The notes: generated by a model not told the origin, from the sequence alone. Positions 9,612-20,037 are shown, counted from the first letter of the stretch. The stretch: 64,000 nucleotides of DNA from Polyangiaceae bacterium (GCA_050287085.1 JBNKBE010000003.1:303350-367349); one strand, 5' to 3'. Made by a program: numbers and translations.

Positions 9612-10625
9612 GTGTCTCCAGAGAAGTCCCCTTACCCCTCATTTGCCCTGGTTGTGACCGGCCTAATCACGCTGCTGGCGTGTGTGATGCTGCTGTCGCT
9701 CGTCGTCGGTCAAGGAAGTCTGGGTCACGAGGACTTGAAGTACGTCCTGCTCCAACTGCGCGCAGGACGTATGGCCGCAGCTCTCTTGGCTGGCTCGGCC
9801 CTCGCTATTGCCGGTGTGCTCGTTCAGGGTCTGTTCCAGAACCCGCTAGCGAGCCCATCGGTCATCGGCACCACCGGGGGAGCCAGTCTCGGAGGACAGG
9901 TGGCGATGCTTGGGTTCAGTGCCTTTGCTGAAGTAGCCGCACGCGCTCACATCGTGCCCGAGATGGTCTTGCCCATCGGCTGCATTCTGGGGGCGCTATT
10001 GGGATTGATGCTACTGCTATTGCTAACACGCATTGACGCAGATCGCGTGTTGCTGGTGCTAGCGGGCTTCCTGCTTTCGTCGCTCTTTGTAAGCCTGAGC
10101 GGCTTCATTACGAGCGTGGCCCAGGAACGCTGGGAATTGGCTCGCGCCATCGTTTCTTTTGCCCTGGGAGATCTCAGCGGGGCCGGCGCACGCCACATTG
10201 CGCTCGCTCTGCCCTTGGTACTCGCGGGTGGGTTGGGCGCCTTGTTATGGGCCCGCCCCCTCGACTTGATGTTATCGGGCCCCGAAGAAGCGGCGACCTT
10301 GGGAGTCGACGTGGCGCGCTTGAGACGCTGGACCATTCTTTGGACCTCCATTCTGACCGCAGCGGCCGTCAGTCTAGGGGGCAACGTGGGCTTCGTCGGC
10401 CTGGTCGTGCCCCACGCATTGCGACCTTGGGTAGGCACACTGCATGGCCGCTTGATTGTCGCATCGGCGATCGGAGGCGCCCTATTTCTAGTCGCCTGCG
10501 ATGTCATCTGCCGAGTGCTGCCCACGCGCGGCGAGCTCCCGTTGGGAGTCGTCACCGGAATGATTGGAGCGCCTACATTTCTAGTCCTTCTGTTGCGCTA
10601 TCGCGGGGGATACGCGAATGATTAG
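9612..10625 (+). CDS. btuC: Cobalamin ABC transporter permease (FecCD/BtuC family)
   Basis: QGLFQNPLASP, GPEEAATLGVD, GFVGLVVPH and ELPLGVVTG motifs; under the B12 riboswitch. Confidence 0.88.
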   Translation: MSPEKSPYPSFALVVTGLITLLACVMLLSLVVGQGSLGHEDLKYVLLQLRAGRMAAALLAGSALAIAGVLVQGLFQNPLASPSVIGTTGGASLGGQVAMLGFSAFAEVAARAHIVPEMVLPIGCILGALLGLMLLLLLTRIDADRVLLVLAGFLLSSLFVSLSGFITSVAQERWELARAIVSFALGDLSGAGARHIALALPLVLAGGLGALLWARPLDLMLSGPEEAATLGVDVARLRRWTILWTSILTAAAVSLGGNVGFVGLVVPHALRPWVGTLHGRLIVASAIGGALFLVACDVICRVLPTRGELPLGVVTGMIGAPTFLVLLLRYRGGYAND

Positions 10626-11640
10626 GTGCAGCCCCCTCGCTCTGCGGAGCAACTCGGTTAACGGCCTGCTCTTCGCAATCGCCCTAGCGCTGGCCGTCTA
10701 CCAGGCCTTTGCCTCGCGGCCCGATCAGGCGCACAACGTGGCTCGCTACGTAGCACGAGCGCCCTATGCAGCCACGACGCCTGAGCGCCTAGAAGACGGC
10801 ACGCTGGTGCTCCGCGATTTTGGCGGTCAGCCAGTGCCGCTTCGCACCTATCAGCGCATTGCTTCCGGGAGCACCATCGCCGATGAGGTGCTTCTTGAGA
10901 TTGTGGCACCTGAACGCCTGATAGCAGTTGCCGCGAGGTCACTAGAGCATCCCCTTCACGGCCATCGCTATCATGGCAAGAGCGTCATCACATCGACCGA
11001 AGACGTCGAGCATATCCTGTCGCTGGCCCCGGATCTGGTGGTCGTCAACACACTCGGCAACGAGGCGCGCAAACAGCGACTGATCGACGTAGGTATGACC
11101 GTATTCGATCTGGGCGCCATGCGCGGGCTCACCACCCTACTGCCCAATATTCAGAGCCTGGGGCTACTTGTGGGAGAGCCGGAGCGCGCCAAACGCCTCG
11201 CGACTGCGCTGTTGCGACGCATGGCCAGTATCGCAGCCGACATTCCTGAACCCCAGCGCCTGGCTGGCGCCTACGTTGGAGTGCATGGTCAACAGCTATA
11301 CGGCGGCACACGCGGCTCCAGCTATGCCGATGTCCTCGCGGCGGCCGGCGTACGTGACGTTGCTGCACGCGACTTTGACGGTTGGCCTGCGTACGAACCC
11401 GAAGAGCTCCTACAACTCGACCCACCGCTAGTGATCACCCAGCTTGGCACGGCTGAACTTCTATGTCGCCACACCGAGCTTTCTAGACTCGCTGCCTGCT
11501 CGGGCGCCGGACGCATCGTCGAAATCGATCCCCTGGTCTTGGGCAGTCCGGGCCTGGACATGGCGGTCGCCGCCGAGCAGATCCGCGACGCCGTCTATGG
11601 CCCTCCGCGCCTACGTCCGGAGCCGCGAGATGACCTCTAG
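10618..11640 (+). CDS. btuF: Cobalamin periplasmic binding protein (BtuF-like)
   Basis: YQRIAS, EHILSLAPDLVV and EELLQLDP class III SBP motifs; operon context. Confidence 0.82.
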   Translation: MIRCSPLALRSNSVNGLLFAIALALAVYQAFASRPDQAHNVARYVARAPYAATTPERLEDGTLVLRDFGGQPVPLRTYQRIASGSTIADEVLLEIVAPERLIAVAARSLEHPLHGHRYHGKSVITSTEDVEHILSLAPDLVVVNTLGNEARKQRLIDVGMTVFDLGAMRGLTTLLPNIQSLGLLVGEPERAKRLATALLRRMASIAADIPEPQRLAGAYVGVHGQQLYGGTRGSSYADVLAAAGVRDVAARDFDGWPAYEPEELLQLDPPLVITQLGTAELLCRHTELSRLAACSGAGRIVEIDPLVLGSPGLDMAVAAEQIRDAVYGPPRLRPEPRDDL

Positions 11641-13711
11641 CCAAGGGCCAACGCTCAGTCGAAAGCGTGCTCGTGGTCTCCGCGGCGCTCTGCGACAACA
11701 GCCCGGCTTGCTCCTCCGAATACAACTGCTCGGAGGCGGGCTATTGTGCGCCAATCAGCTCGCCTCAGCCAAGGCTCCGCCGGAGGTCGTCATCCGCGAA
11801 CGGCCCCCGCTCCTAGAGCAAGCCGCTCACGCGGGCTCGGGAGCCTCGAGTTCATTGCCCGAGCGAATGCTGCGCGGAGCAGGCGATACTCTCACAGACG
11901 CGCTCGAACGGGTGCCAGGCCTTCAACTCCAACGCGCGGGTGGACAAGCCGACATCGCTACCGCGTCACTGCGCGGAGCCGACGCCAAACAGGTCCCAGT
12001 ATATCTCGGCGGAGTTCGGCTAAACGACGAAGTAAGTGGTACAGCCGATCTATCCCTCGTTCCGCTTCCGATGCTCGAACGGGTGGACGTCTACCGCGGA
12101 AACGCCCCCATCACGGCAGACCGGCTTGGCATTGGCGGCGCCATCTACCTGCACCCACGAAGGCCGCGCAGCGCGGGAGCACGCGTCGGGCTCCGACTGG
12201 GTTCGTTCGGAGAGCGAGGAGCCATCGCGCTTGGGGAATTCGGTACTGGCTCTGCCTCCACGCTGCTTGCCCTGGACGTGCAGGGCGCCACCAACGACTT
12301 TCCCTTCCAAAACGACTTTGGGCAGCGCTTCGTCGTGCGTGAACGTCGCGATAGGCGCAGCAATGCGGACTACACGCAGGCTAACGCCTGGAGCACGAGT
12401 CGGTATCACATCGGACAGCTGAAGATCGAGACGGTACTCAACGCGTTCCGGCGCGAAAAAGGTGTCGCCGGACTACCCAATTCCGGAGTCGACCATGCGC
12501 GCAGCCAGGCGTCACGGTGGCTCGCCGCAACCAACATTCAGGTACCGTGTCGCTCGGCGGGCGGGTGCCAACTCGAATTGTCGACGGCATGGCTCCGCGA
12601 CGGTCAGCTTCTCTCCGATCCGCTGCTCGAACTCAACGGTCGAACCCGGCTCAGTGAGACATCAGGACAGCGTCTCAGCCAAGACCTTCGACTGAGCGTG
12701 CAGACGGCTCCCTGGCTCAGATGGACCGGTGCGGTTCACGCAAGCTACGCCACGTTGGATGTCCTGCGCCTTCGGGTGTTGCCGCATAGCGGCAGTCGAA
12801 GCGTGTTCATCGGCAAGCTCGGTAGCGAGCTGGATCTTGGGACGTGGGCGACGGTACATGGCCTTGCAACGCTCACGTGCCAGACGACCCGCGGTCGAGG
12901 TGAACGCTTCAATCGGGTCACCTACTACGATGGCGGTACGTGTGGCCTGCTCGAACCGACTGGGCGCCTCGGACTGACGGTGCATGCGACAGAACGGATA
13001 GAGGTGTTGGCAAACGCCGGTCGCTATGTGCGCCCGCCCTCCCTGTCGGAGCTCTACGGCATATCCGCCTACGTGCAGGGCAACGAACGACTCGAGCCGG
13101 AGGCGGGCTTGAGCCTCGACCTAGGCACCAGGCTCACTGAAACGTTCGGGCCAATCGAGCTGGCCATGGACGCTTTCGCCTTTCGGCGCACAGCGACCAA
13201 CCTCGTCCGTTATCGACGCAGTGGCCCGCAGAGCGTTACCCCCTACAACGTGAGTCGTGCTCGGCTCCTGGGAATTGACGCATCGGGTTCGGTAGCAGCC
13301 TTCGATCACGTCGCGCTCTCGCTCGCCTGCACGGCCATCGACGCGCGAGAAACGACGGCAGAGCGCCGTCTAGACCCGACTGTCAATGACGTGCTGCCAC
13401 TCACCGCGCCGCTGATTCTACACACCGAGCTGTCGTTTTACACTCGCCAGCATCAGGCCCTGCTGGACACTGACTACGCGGCGCTTGCGCTGAGCGTACA
13501 CCATCGCAGTTCACGTTTCGCAGACAGCGCCGGACAAGTCGTGCTGCCTGCGCAGGACCGCGTGGACGTGGAGTTTCATAGCGATCACTTCAAGGGCACA
13601 CTCCAGGCTCGTCTTGCGGTTCGCAACTGGCTGGCCCAACGCACCCTCGACATCATCGGATTACCCCTCCCCGAACGTAGCTACCACGCCTCCCTGGAGG
13701 CGCACTACTGA
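11630..13711 (+). CDS. btuB: TonB-dependent receptor, probable cobalamin receptor
   Basis: Plug motifs LERVPGL, SLRG and LERVDVYRG; barrel motifs RPPSLSELYG and GNERLEPE; C-terminal aromatic residue. ATG at 11630 chosen (ORF open from 11444). Confidence 0.85.
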   Translation: MTSSQGPTLSRKRARGLRGALRQQPGLLLRIQLLGGGLLCANQLASAKAPPEVVIRERPPLLEQAAHAGSGASSSLPERMLRGAGDTLTDALERVPGLQLQRAGGQADIATASLRGADAKQVPVYLGGVRLNDEVSGTADLSLVPLPMLERVDVYRGNAPITADRLGIGGAIYLHPRRPRSAGARVGLRLGSFGERGAIALGEFGTGSASTLLALDVQGATNDFPFQNDFGQRFVVRERRDRRSNADYTQANAWSTSRYHIGQLKIETVLNAFRREKGVAGLPNSGVDHARSQASRWLAATNIQVPCRSAGGCQLELSTAWLRDGQLLSDPLLELNGRTRLSETSGQRLSQDLRLSVQTAPWLRWTGAVHASYATLDVLRLRVLPHSGSRSVFIGKLGSELDLGTWATVHGLATLTCQTTRGRGERFNRVTYYDGGTCGLLEPTGRLGLTVHATERIEVLANAGRYVRPPSLSELYGISAYVQGNERLEPEAGLSLDLGTRLTETFGPIELAMDAFAFRRTATNLVRYRRSGPQSVTPYNVSRARLLGIDASGSVAAFDHVALSLACTAIDARETTAERRLDPTVNDVLPLTAPLILHTELSFYTRQHQALLDTDYAALALSVHHRSSRFADSAGQVVLPAQDRVDVEFHSDHFKGTLQARLAVRNWLAQRTLDIIGLPLPERSYHASLEAHY

Positions 13712-13735
13712 CCCATTCCTCCATCGAAATCCAAT

Positions 13736-15202
13736 ATGACCGACAATACCCTCGTTTCCATTGATCCGTGTCCGCCCTGGGCGTCCAACACACACCGCTC
13801 CAGCAGCAGGAGTTGCCTTTGCGCGCTAGCACTGGGCGCCGCCTTGACTACTGGCTGCAACTTGGAGGCAGCAAACCCAACCCCCACCGGCCTTGTAACC
13901 CCCGACGGTGGCACCGACGACGAAACGCCCGACGGTGGCCCCAGCGACGAGACGCCCGACTCCCCTGCGGATGCAGGACGCCATGAAGATGCACCTGCAG
14001 ACATGGACTCTGGAGCCGATGCAAACGTCTCCACGACCGACGCCGGAGCAGGCTCAGAGCAGACGGACGAAGCTCACGGCTTTCTCGTCGTCAACACCGA
14101 CTACGAGTCGGTAAGCGTCAGTGCAGTCGACTTCGATGGCCAGGTCCTCAGCCCCTCGCTCATCTCTTCGGCCAGCGCGGACGTTGGCTTATCCGAGCCA
14201 CTCTCTTCCGATCTCGTGCTGCCCTCGACTCCGGCGCAAGGCGGCTCGGCGGTTCTGATCGATCGCAAGCAAGCGGTCCTCAGTTGGCTTCAGGTCGAGA
14301 GCGGCGAGGTCACGGCCCAGCTCCAAGTCGGAACCGGGTTTCAGTCCAATCCTCACGACTACCTCGAGCTGGGTCCAACGCGCGCCTACGTCTCGCGCTG
14401 GGAACCGAACTTCGACGGGGGCAAGGAAGAATACGATGGCGGCGATGACGTTCTCATCGTCAATCCGAAAACCCAGGCCTTGGTTGGCCGGATCGATCTC
14501 CACGCGGCGATCGAAGATGAAAGCTCGGCCTTCCTGGTGCGCCCAGAGCACCTTCTCCCGTTCGGCGCTTTCGTCGCCCTCACAGCGGCCGTGATCGACG
14601 AAACATTCGCGAATATCGCCACGGGACGGGTCCTCTTGCTCGACCCAGCCACGAACGAACTCAAGCAGACGCTCGTGCTCGAGGGCGTGTCAAACTGCGT
14701 TTCGGCAGCGCTTTCGCCGAACGGTCAAACGCTGGCTGTCAGCTGCGGTGGGCCCTGGGGTGTTGATCCCGAAGAGGGCTTTCCGGAATCAGCCATTGTG
14801 CTGCTGGGCTTGGAAGATGAGAGTCTGGTCGAGGTGGATCGCTTTGCCGCCCAGGACTTGGGTGGTGCCAAGCTCAACGAGCTGGCGTGGGCCACGCCCG
14901 AACATCTGCTGTTTTCGACCTACGGAGCTTCAGACGACAAGGGCTTGGTATCACCTGACACAGTGCGCCTCTTGGACATCGCCCAGGGCAAACTCGTTGG
15001 TAAAGCATTGCTCAAGACCCGGGAACAAGCCTACAGCCTGGGAGCGGTGGCTTGCCACGAGCAGAGCTGCGTGGCCGCCGATGCGGAAGACGGGGTGCTG
15101 CATCACTTCACCTTCGACGCGGACGGTCAGGTCGCAAAGCAGCTTGAGTTGTCCCTAGATCAGACAACCGGCCTCCCGCCTCGCTACCTTGGAGTGTTCT
15201 AA
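13736..15202 (+). CDS. Lipoprotein with acidic linker and probable beta-propeller domain
   Basis: Lipobox LTTGC, D/P/T-rich linker, propeller-like motifs (NPHD..RAYVSR, LSPNGQTLAVSC); sits inside the B12 operon. Confidence 0.75.
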   Translation: MTDNTLVSIDPCPPWASNTHRSSSRSCLCALALGAALTTGCNLEAANPTPTGLVTPDGGTDDETPDGGPSDETPDSPADAGRHEDAPADMDSGADANVSTTDAGAGSEQTDEAHGFLVVNTDYESVSVSAVDFDGQVLSPSLISSASADVGLSEPLSSDLVLPSTPAQGGSAVLIDRKQAVLSWLQVESGEVTAQLQVGTGFQSNPHDYLELGPTRAYVSRWEPNFDGGKEEYDGGDDVLIVNPKTQALVGRIDLHAAIEDESSAFLVRPEHLLPFGAFVALTAAVIDETFANIATGRVLLLDPATNELKQTLVLEGVSNCVSAALSPNGQTLAVSCGGPWGVDPEEGFPESAIVLLGLEDESLVEVDRFAAQDLGGAKLNELAWATPEHLLFSTYGASDDKGLVSPDTVRLLDIAQGKLVGKALLKTREQAYSLGAVACHEQSCVAADAEDGVLHHFTFDADGQVAKQLELSLDQTTGLPPRYLGVF

Positions 15203-15219
15203 GGCTACACTCGCTGCTA

Positions 15220-16056
15220 GTGCTCGGACCCAATACCGTGACCATCACCCGCCCCCGAGATACGACGAGCCTCTCGCGCCCGAAGCTTCAGGCCGAAGCC
15301 CTCACCGTAGAGCGCAACGGACGGGTGCTGGTCAAGCACGTTTCATTCGAGGCGCAGGGCGGCGAACTGCTGGCGATTGTGGGCCCCAACGGGGCGGGCA
15401 AGACGTCGTTGCTCAAGGCGCTAGCGGGGGCGCTCCCGTACTCCGGCCGCGCCGTCCTCAACGGCCAGGAGCTCACCAGCGTCCAGCCTAGCGATCGCGC
15501 TCGCCTCATCGCCTACGTGCCTCAGAAGTCACAACTCAGAGCACCGATGCTAGCGCGAGAGGTCGTGGGGCTCGCGCGCTTCGCCCACCGCCCGCTGCGC
15601 GGCTCTTTGGACGGCGGCGATAAGGTCGTCGTTGAGCAGGCCCTGATCGCTACCTCGACGGCGCACCTTGCCGCACGCCGCTTCACTGAGCTCTCCGGAG
15701 GTGAACAGCAACGCGTATTGCTGGCACGAGCGCTCGCGACGGGTGCGCGCACGCTGCTCCTGGATGAGCCGGGCTCAAGCCTAGACGTGCAACATCAGCT
15801 GCTGCTCTTCGAGGAGTTACGCCGCCTCAGGGCGAAGGACTACTGTCTGATCGTCGTATTGCACGAGCTGGACGAGGTCCGGCGCTACGCCGACCGTGCT
15901 CTGCTGCTCCACAACGGAGGAGTCCTCGATGCCGCAAGAGGTCAATGCGTCGTCGACGGCCCGAAGATTCCTGAAGCCTACGGCGTATCGGTGATTCCGA
16001 ATGCGCGCATCGGCTTCGAAATCACGCCCAACAGAGCTCCAAAGGGGGACGCCTAA
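15220..16056 (+). CDS. btuD: ABC transporter ATP-binding protein (BtuD/FepC-like)
   Basis: GPNGAGKT, YVPQ, LSGGEQQR, LLLDEP and H-loop VLH. Confidence 0.88.
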   Translation: MLGPNTVTITRPRDTTSLSRPKLQAEALTVERNGRVLVKHVSFEAQGGELLAIVGPNGAGKTSLLKALAGALPYSGRAVLNGQELTSVQPSDRARLIAYVPQKSQLRAPMLAREVVGLARFAHRPLRGSLDGGDKVVVEQALIATSTAHLAARRFTELSGGEQQRVLLARALATGARTLLLDEPGSSLDVQHQLLLFEELRRLRAKDYCLIVVLHELDEVRRYADRALLLHNGGVLDAARGQCVVDGPKIPEAYGVSVIPNARIGFEITPNRAPKGDA

Positions 16057-16154
16057 GGCCCGCCGACGGAAAAGAGTCAGCCGCGAGCCGGTCGAGCCCG
16101 CCCGCCACCGCAAGAGGCGCGGCCGGCGCAATCTGACTTCCCACGCGCGGGCCG

Positions 16155-17102
16155 TCAGTGTTGGGTCAATTCCGCCGGATCGACCACCGCGGTTGCCAGA
16201 CGACACAGTTCAGGCGGCGGCGGCGTGCCCGGTGCCGGATACTTGGGAAACAACACGTATCCAGCGGCAGAAGCCCGAATTTCTGGGGTGCCGGCTTCGC
16301 TCAAGAGCTCTCCTTCGTCGACAGCAGTCCAGTTGCATAGGCCGGCTCGCAGGCGCTCCGCCCCGGTGCGGACTGAAACCACCTCTCGCGTTGCAAACCA
16401 CCGGACAGGCGCTCCCTCCGGCAACACGGCTCTGAGCGCCGCGCCGCGGGCCCCCGAGTCCACCAACGCAATAGCGCGCAGCATCGCTCGATAGGTTATC
16501 TCGGCCTGAGCGGGGTCATGACCCCGCTCCCCCACCTCGAGCGTCAGCCCGACACGCCCGCGACCCCGGACATACTCGTCTAAGCAGCACGTGCCCGGCG
16601 AGAAGCTCTGACCTGCTGCGCGCGTCAGCCCCAAGGGCGCCGCGGCCAGTGCGTTGGCCCAGTCGCCCAGATCATCTTGCCACGGAAAGGTCCAAAACGC
16701 CGAGGACGTCGGTGTCTGAGTCTGGTGAAAATCTATGAATACGTCAGCATCGTCCAGTATCGGACGCACCCGCTCCGCCAGACGTCGTTCGTGGCTGCTC
16801 GCAGGACGGTCAAAGGTGAACACGCGATTAAAGTCCTCCTCCAAGAAGCGCTGCCCCGCGAGGGCCGCGTCGGTATTGCCGAGAAGGATTGTCACGCGGC
16901 TCCGGGTCTGCACTTCTCCATTCGCCAAGGCGCGTACGAGACGCAGGGCGGCCGGCAAGGTTCCAAATTCGTTGCCGTGTGTCAGACACCCCAGCACGAG
17001 ATGACGCTCGCAGCCGGTACCTGCGAAGTGGTGACAATAGCGGTAGCTATAAGGGCCCGGATGCGCAAGAGCCTCAAACTCACGAAGCGAGTCGACCAGC
17101 AT
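16155..17102 (-). CDS. Succinylglutamate desuccinylase/aspartoacylase (M14-like) family protein
   Basis: HGNE, DFNRVF, IDFH and TLEVG motifs. Confidence 0.85.
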   Translation of the reverse strand: MLVDSLREFEALAHPGPYSYRYCHHFAGTGCERHLVLGCLTHGNEFGTLPAALRLVRALANGEVQTRSRVTILLGNTDAALAGQRFLEEDFNRVFTFDRPASSHERRLAERVRPILDDADVFIDFHQTQTPTSSAFWTFPWQDDLGDWANALAAAPLGLTRAAGQSFSPGTCCLDEYVRGRGRVGLTLEVGERGHDPAQAEITYRAMLRAIALVDSGARGAALRAVLPEGAPVRWFATREVVSVRTGAERLRAGLCNWTAVDEGELLSEAGTPEIRASAAGYVLFPKYPAPGTPPPPELCRLATAVVDPAELTQH

Positions 17103-17573
17103 TCACCGCTCGTAGCTCACAACGCGCTCAGACCAGAAGCAAAAGTGCAACGAGTGCAACAAGAACGCCGGGGGCACTACCCCGGTGCTCTCTCGGGCCG
17201 TGCTGACTCGACGACGTAGGCCGCAGCCCGCATCCCGGACCCCATAAAACCTCGCATTTCTGCGGACGGTCTGCCCCTGGCCCCTCACTTCGACGCAACG
17301 TATGGCCGGACGCTCAGCAATCGTTGTCCAAGGCCGAAGAGGGAGGCCGGCCCCAGGTCCAGACGGCCCGGATCACGGGTCACAATTCCGCTGCACTGCA
17401 AGCTTCCGAGAAGCGCGGACCTGCTTCACCACCGACGTGACCAAGCTTTACTCGACATGGTATTCTTCCCTAGTTTTGTCGGGGGGTCCATTGCAGGACA
17501 ACGCTCGGACCGTCAGGATTGCTGAGTCCCGGCGCGGAGCCCCCGCACTGACATCGAAAGCACACCATACGCC

Positions 17574-19997
17574 ATGCGCTTAGCTCAACCTCCCTTCCAG
17601 TCTCCGTCGACCGATAGTGCTGGCTCCCCCAGCAACCTCACCACCGGTAGTCTCACTACTGAGACGCCAGCACTGAGCGGCCCCGTCAGCGCCGATCTGG
17701 CGACGAATGGCGTGGTAACACCATTGCCTTACCTTGGGTCGCGGCGACGGCTCAGGACTGCGGTGCTGTCGACGACTCTCTCTTTGGCCGCCAGCGTCGT
17801 ATTGCTCAGCTGCGCCGCCGGAGACAAGCCCAGCAACCCGGGTTCGGGCGACGGCAACGGCAGCCCCGGAGCCAATGGCGGCAACGGCAACGGCGGGGGC
17901 TCCAGCGGAAGCGGCTCGAATCGCGGCGACGGCCCCAAGACCCCAGTCCCGGGTGACACTGTCGAAGACGACGACTTCATCCTGGGCGGTGACCTGGCAG
18001 ATCTTCCAGCGCCCGAAGGCTGCGGAGACGGTACGCTCACCACCAACGAAGCCTGTGACGACGGCAATCTGAAGGATGGAGATGGCTGCTCCGCGAATTG
18101 TCTCCAGTTGGAACCTGGGTTCAGCTGCGCCGCCCCAGGTAAGGCGTGCCAAGCCATCGCTCGCTGCGGCGATGGCCTCGTGGCTTCGTCTGAACAATGT
18201 GACGATGGCAATCGCGTCGCGGGCGACGGATGCAGCGAAAGGTGTCGCATCGAGCTCGGTAAGAAGTGCGAAGGCTCACCAAGTGTTTGCACGGACGCTG
18301 AGTGTGGGGACGGCAAGATCGAAGGCGCCGAAGCCTGTGACGACGGCAACAAGCAGCCCTTTGACGGTTGCTCCGCCGTGTGCCTGCGCGAACCCAATTG
18401 TGAAGGCCTCTCCTGCACCTCCGACTGCGGTGATGGCTTGGTCATCAACGAAGAATGCGACGACGGCAACAACATCGATGGCGATGGGTGTTCGTCTACG
18501 TGCAAGACCGAAGAAGGCTTCGCCTGCATACAACAAGCCGTATGTGACAAGCTCGATCCGGATAGCGACGAGTGCATCCTGCGAGTACCGGCGATCTTCC
18601 GCGACTTCTCCGGAAGCCATCCCGACTTTCTGGACGCTACGGGCGACCGAATCACCGCCGGAGAGGTGCTTACGGGGTTGGTCAACGCCGAGCTAGATGC
18701 TGACGGCAAGCCCGCATTATCAGGTACCAACCAGCGGGCAGCCCATATCTCGTCGGCCGAGTCTTTCTCGGAGTGGTACCGCGACGGGAAGTCTGAGTTT
18801 ACGCTGGTGGGTGAACTCGTTCTCTTCGACAACGGTGACGGCGGCTATGTCAACCGCTTCGGCTCCGAAGGTGAGCAGTTCACCTCGATCGATAAGACGC
18901 AAGAGCAGGGCGCCGGCGCGAATCTGCAGCAGTGCGAGGCACGTTGCGCCGAAATGGCGCGCAACGCCCACGGCTCTGGCTGCGACAACCTATGCCGTCC
19001 AAGAACGGACGCCGTACGTCAAACCGACCAGCAGCTGCAACAGGCGACCCAACAGCTGGCGGACGCGGAGAGGCAGCTCGACGACCAGATCCAGCAGGCC
19101 ATCAACCAAGGGATTGACCTAGACGCGGGCGCCCCAATTGGCGTTACGCAAGCCCAAGAGCGTGTCGACGCGGCGGAAGCCACCATCGAAACCCTGACGC
19201 AGCAGGTTGCCGACCTCACGGCAATCGCCGAGGAGTGCACGACGGAATGCGAAGACGAAGTCGCCGAAGACACCAAGCTGTGCACAACTCAGTGTGGCCC
19301 CTGCAGCTACGATCCGGACCAATACTGCATCGGGGGTGAGTTGGTTTATTGGGATGGCAATCCGCTATTCTTCCCGGTGGACTCCGCCACTGGTGCCACC
19401 GTAGACCGGGGGCGAGCCAAGATTCCTGAGCAATACGGGTACGACGGCTGGCCCTGGGAGGACGAGTGGTTCCCGGACGCCCCCGCCCACAACTTCTACT
19501 TCACGTCCGAGGTGCAGTACTGGTTCCGCTTCGAGGAGAACACCAACGCGACGCTCGCCTTCACGGGTGATGATGATGTCTGGGTCTTCATCAACGGCAA
19601 GCTTGCCGTTGACTTGGGCGGCGTTCACGTACCGGAGGACGGGACCGTTACCATCAACCAGGCAAGCGCCGCCAGGTTCGACCTCGAGCCCGGCAACGTC
19701 TACACCATCAAAGTCTTCCACGCTGAACGACAGATGGAGGGCTCTTCCTTCAAGCTGACCCTCTCGGGCTTCGAAGCGACGCCGAGCGAGTGCAAGGCTG
19801 ACTGTGGTGATGGCGTCCTCAGCTTTGGGGAGGAATGTGACGACGGCGTCAACGATGGCGGCTACGGCGAATGCGCCGAAGGCTGCGTACTTGGCCCATA
19901 TTGTGGTGATGGCATCGTCCAACCCGGCGAGGATTGTGACAATGGCCCCGGCGGCGGCCCCGGCTGCCCCAACTGTCGCATCCTGATCATCCAATAG
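17574..19997 (+). CDS. Fibro-slime (PA14-like) domain lipoprotein with Myxococcus Cys-rich (DUF4215-type) repeats
   Basis: Lipobox-like VLLSC, Gly-rich linker, repeated CGDG..E.CDDGN...GDGCS..C; fibro-slime motifs FRDF..HPDF, HNFYFTSE, FTGDDDVWVFING and FHAER. True start may be downstream. Confidence 0.9.
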   Translation: MRLAQPPFQSPSTDSAGSPSNLTTGSLTTETPALSGPVSADLATNGVVTPLPYLGSRRRLRTAVLSTTLSLAASVVLLSCAAGDKPSNPGSGDGNGSPGANGGNGNGGGSSGSGSNRGDGPKTPVPGDTVEDDDFILGGDLADLPAPEGCGDGTLTTNEACDDGNLKDGDGCSANCLQLEPGFSCAAPGKACQAIARCGDGLVASSEQCDDGNRVAGDGCSERCRIELGKKCEGSPSVCTDAECGDGKIEGAEACDDGNKQPFDGCSAVCLREPNCEGLSCTSDCGDGLVINEECDDGNNIDGDGCSSTCKTEEGFACIQQAVCDKLDPDSDECILRVPAIFRDFSGSHPDFLDATGDRITAGEVLTGLVNAELDADGKPALSGTNQRAAHISSAESFSEWYRDGKSEFTLVGELVLFDNGDGGYVNRFGSEGEQFTSIDKTQEQGAGANLQQCEARCAEMARNAHGSGCDNLCRPRTDAVRQTDQQLQQATQQLADAERQLDDQIQQAINQGIDLDAGAPIGVTQAQERVDAAEATIETLTQQVADLTAIAEECTTECEDEVAEDTKLCTTQCGPCSYDPDQYCIGGELVYWDGNPLFFPVDSATGATVDRGRAKIPEQYGYDGWPWEDEWFPDAPAHNFYFTSEVQYWFRFEENTNATLAFTGDDDVWVFINGKLAVDLGGVHVPEDGTVTINQASAARFDLEPGNVYTIKVFHAERQMEGSSFKLTLSGFEATPSECKADCGDGVLSFGEECDDGVNDGGYGECAEGCVLGPYCGDGIVQPGEDCDNGPGGGPGCPNCRILIIQ

Positions 19998-20012
19998 ACT
20001 GGTTTGAGCGGT

Positions 20013-20037
20013 TCGGGCTCCGGATACCGGAGCTCGA
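20013..20037 (+). terminator. Stem-loop downstream of the fibro-slime gene (possible terminator)
   Basis: TCGGGCTCCGG-ATA-CCGGAGCTCGA, 11-bp stem with one G-U pair; no U-tract. Confidence 0.4.

Noticed and set aside
9612..16056. Iron-siderophore or haem uptake operon
   Set aside because: The upstream cobalamin riboswitch points to B12; no Fur-box-like site seen.
17729..18832. Long antisense ORFs (also 19365-19994, 38254-39297, 60882-61802, 29872-30552)
   Set aside because: Shadows of well-supported genes caused by high-GC codon bias; no motifs.
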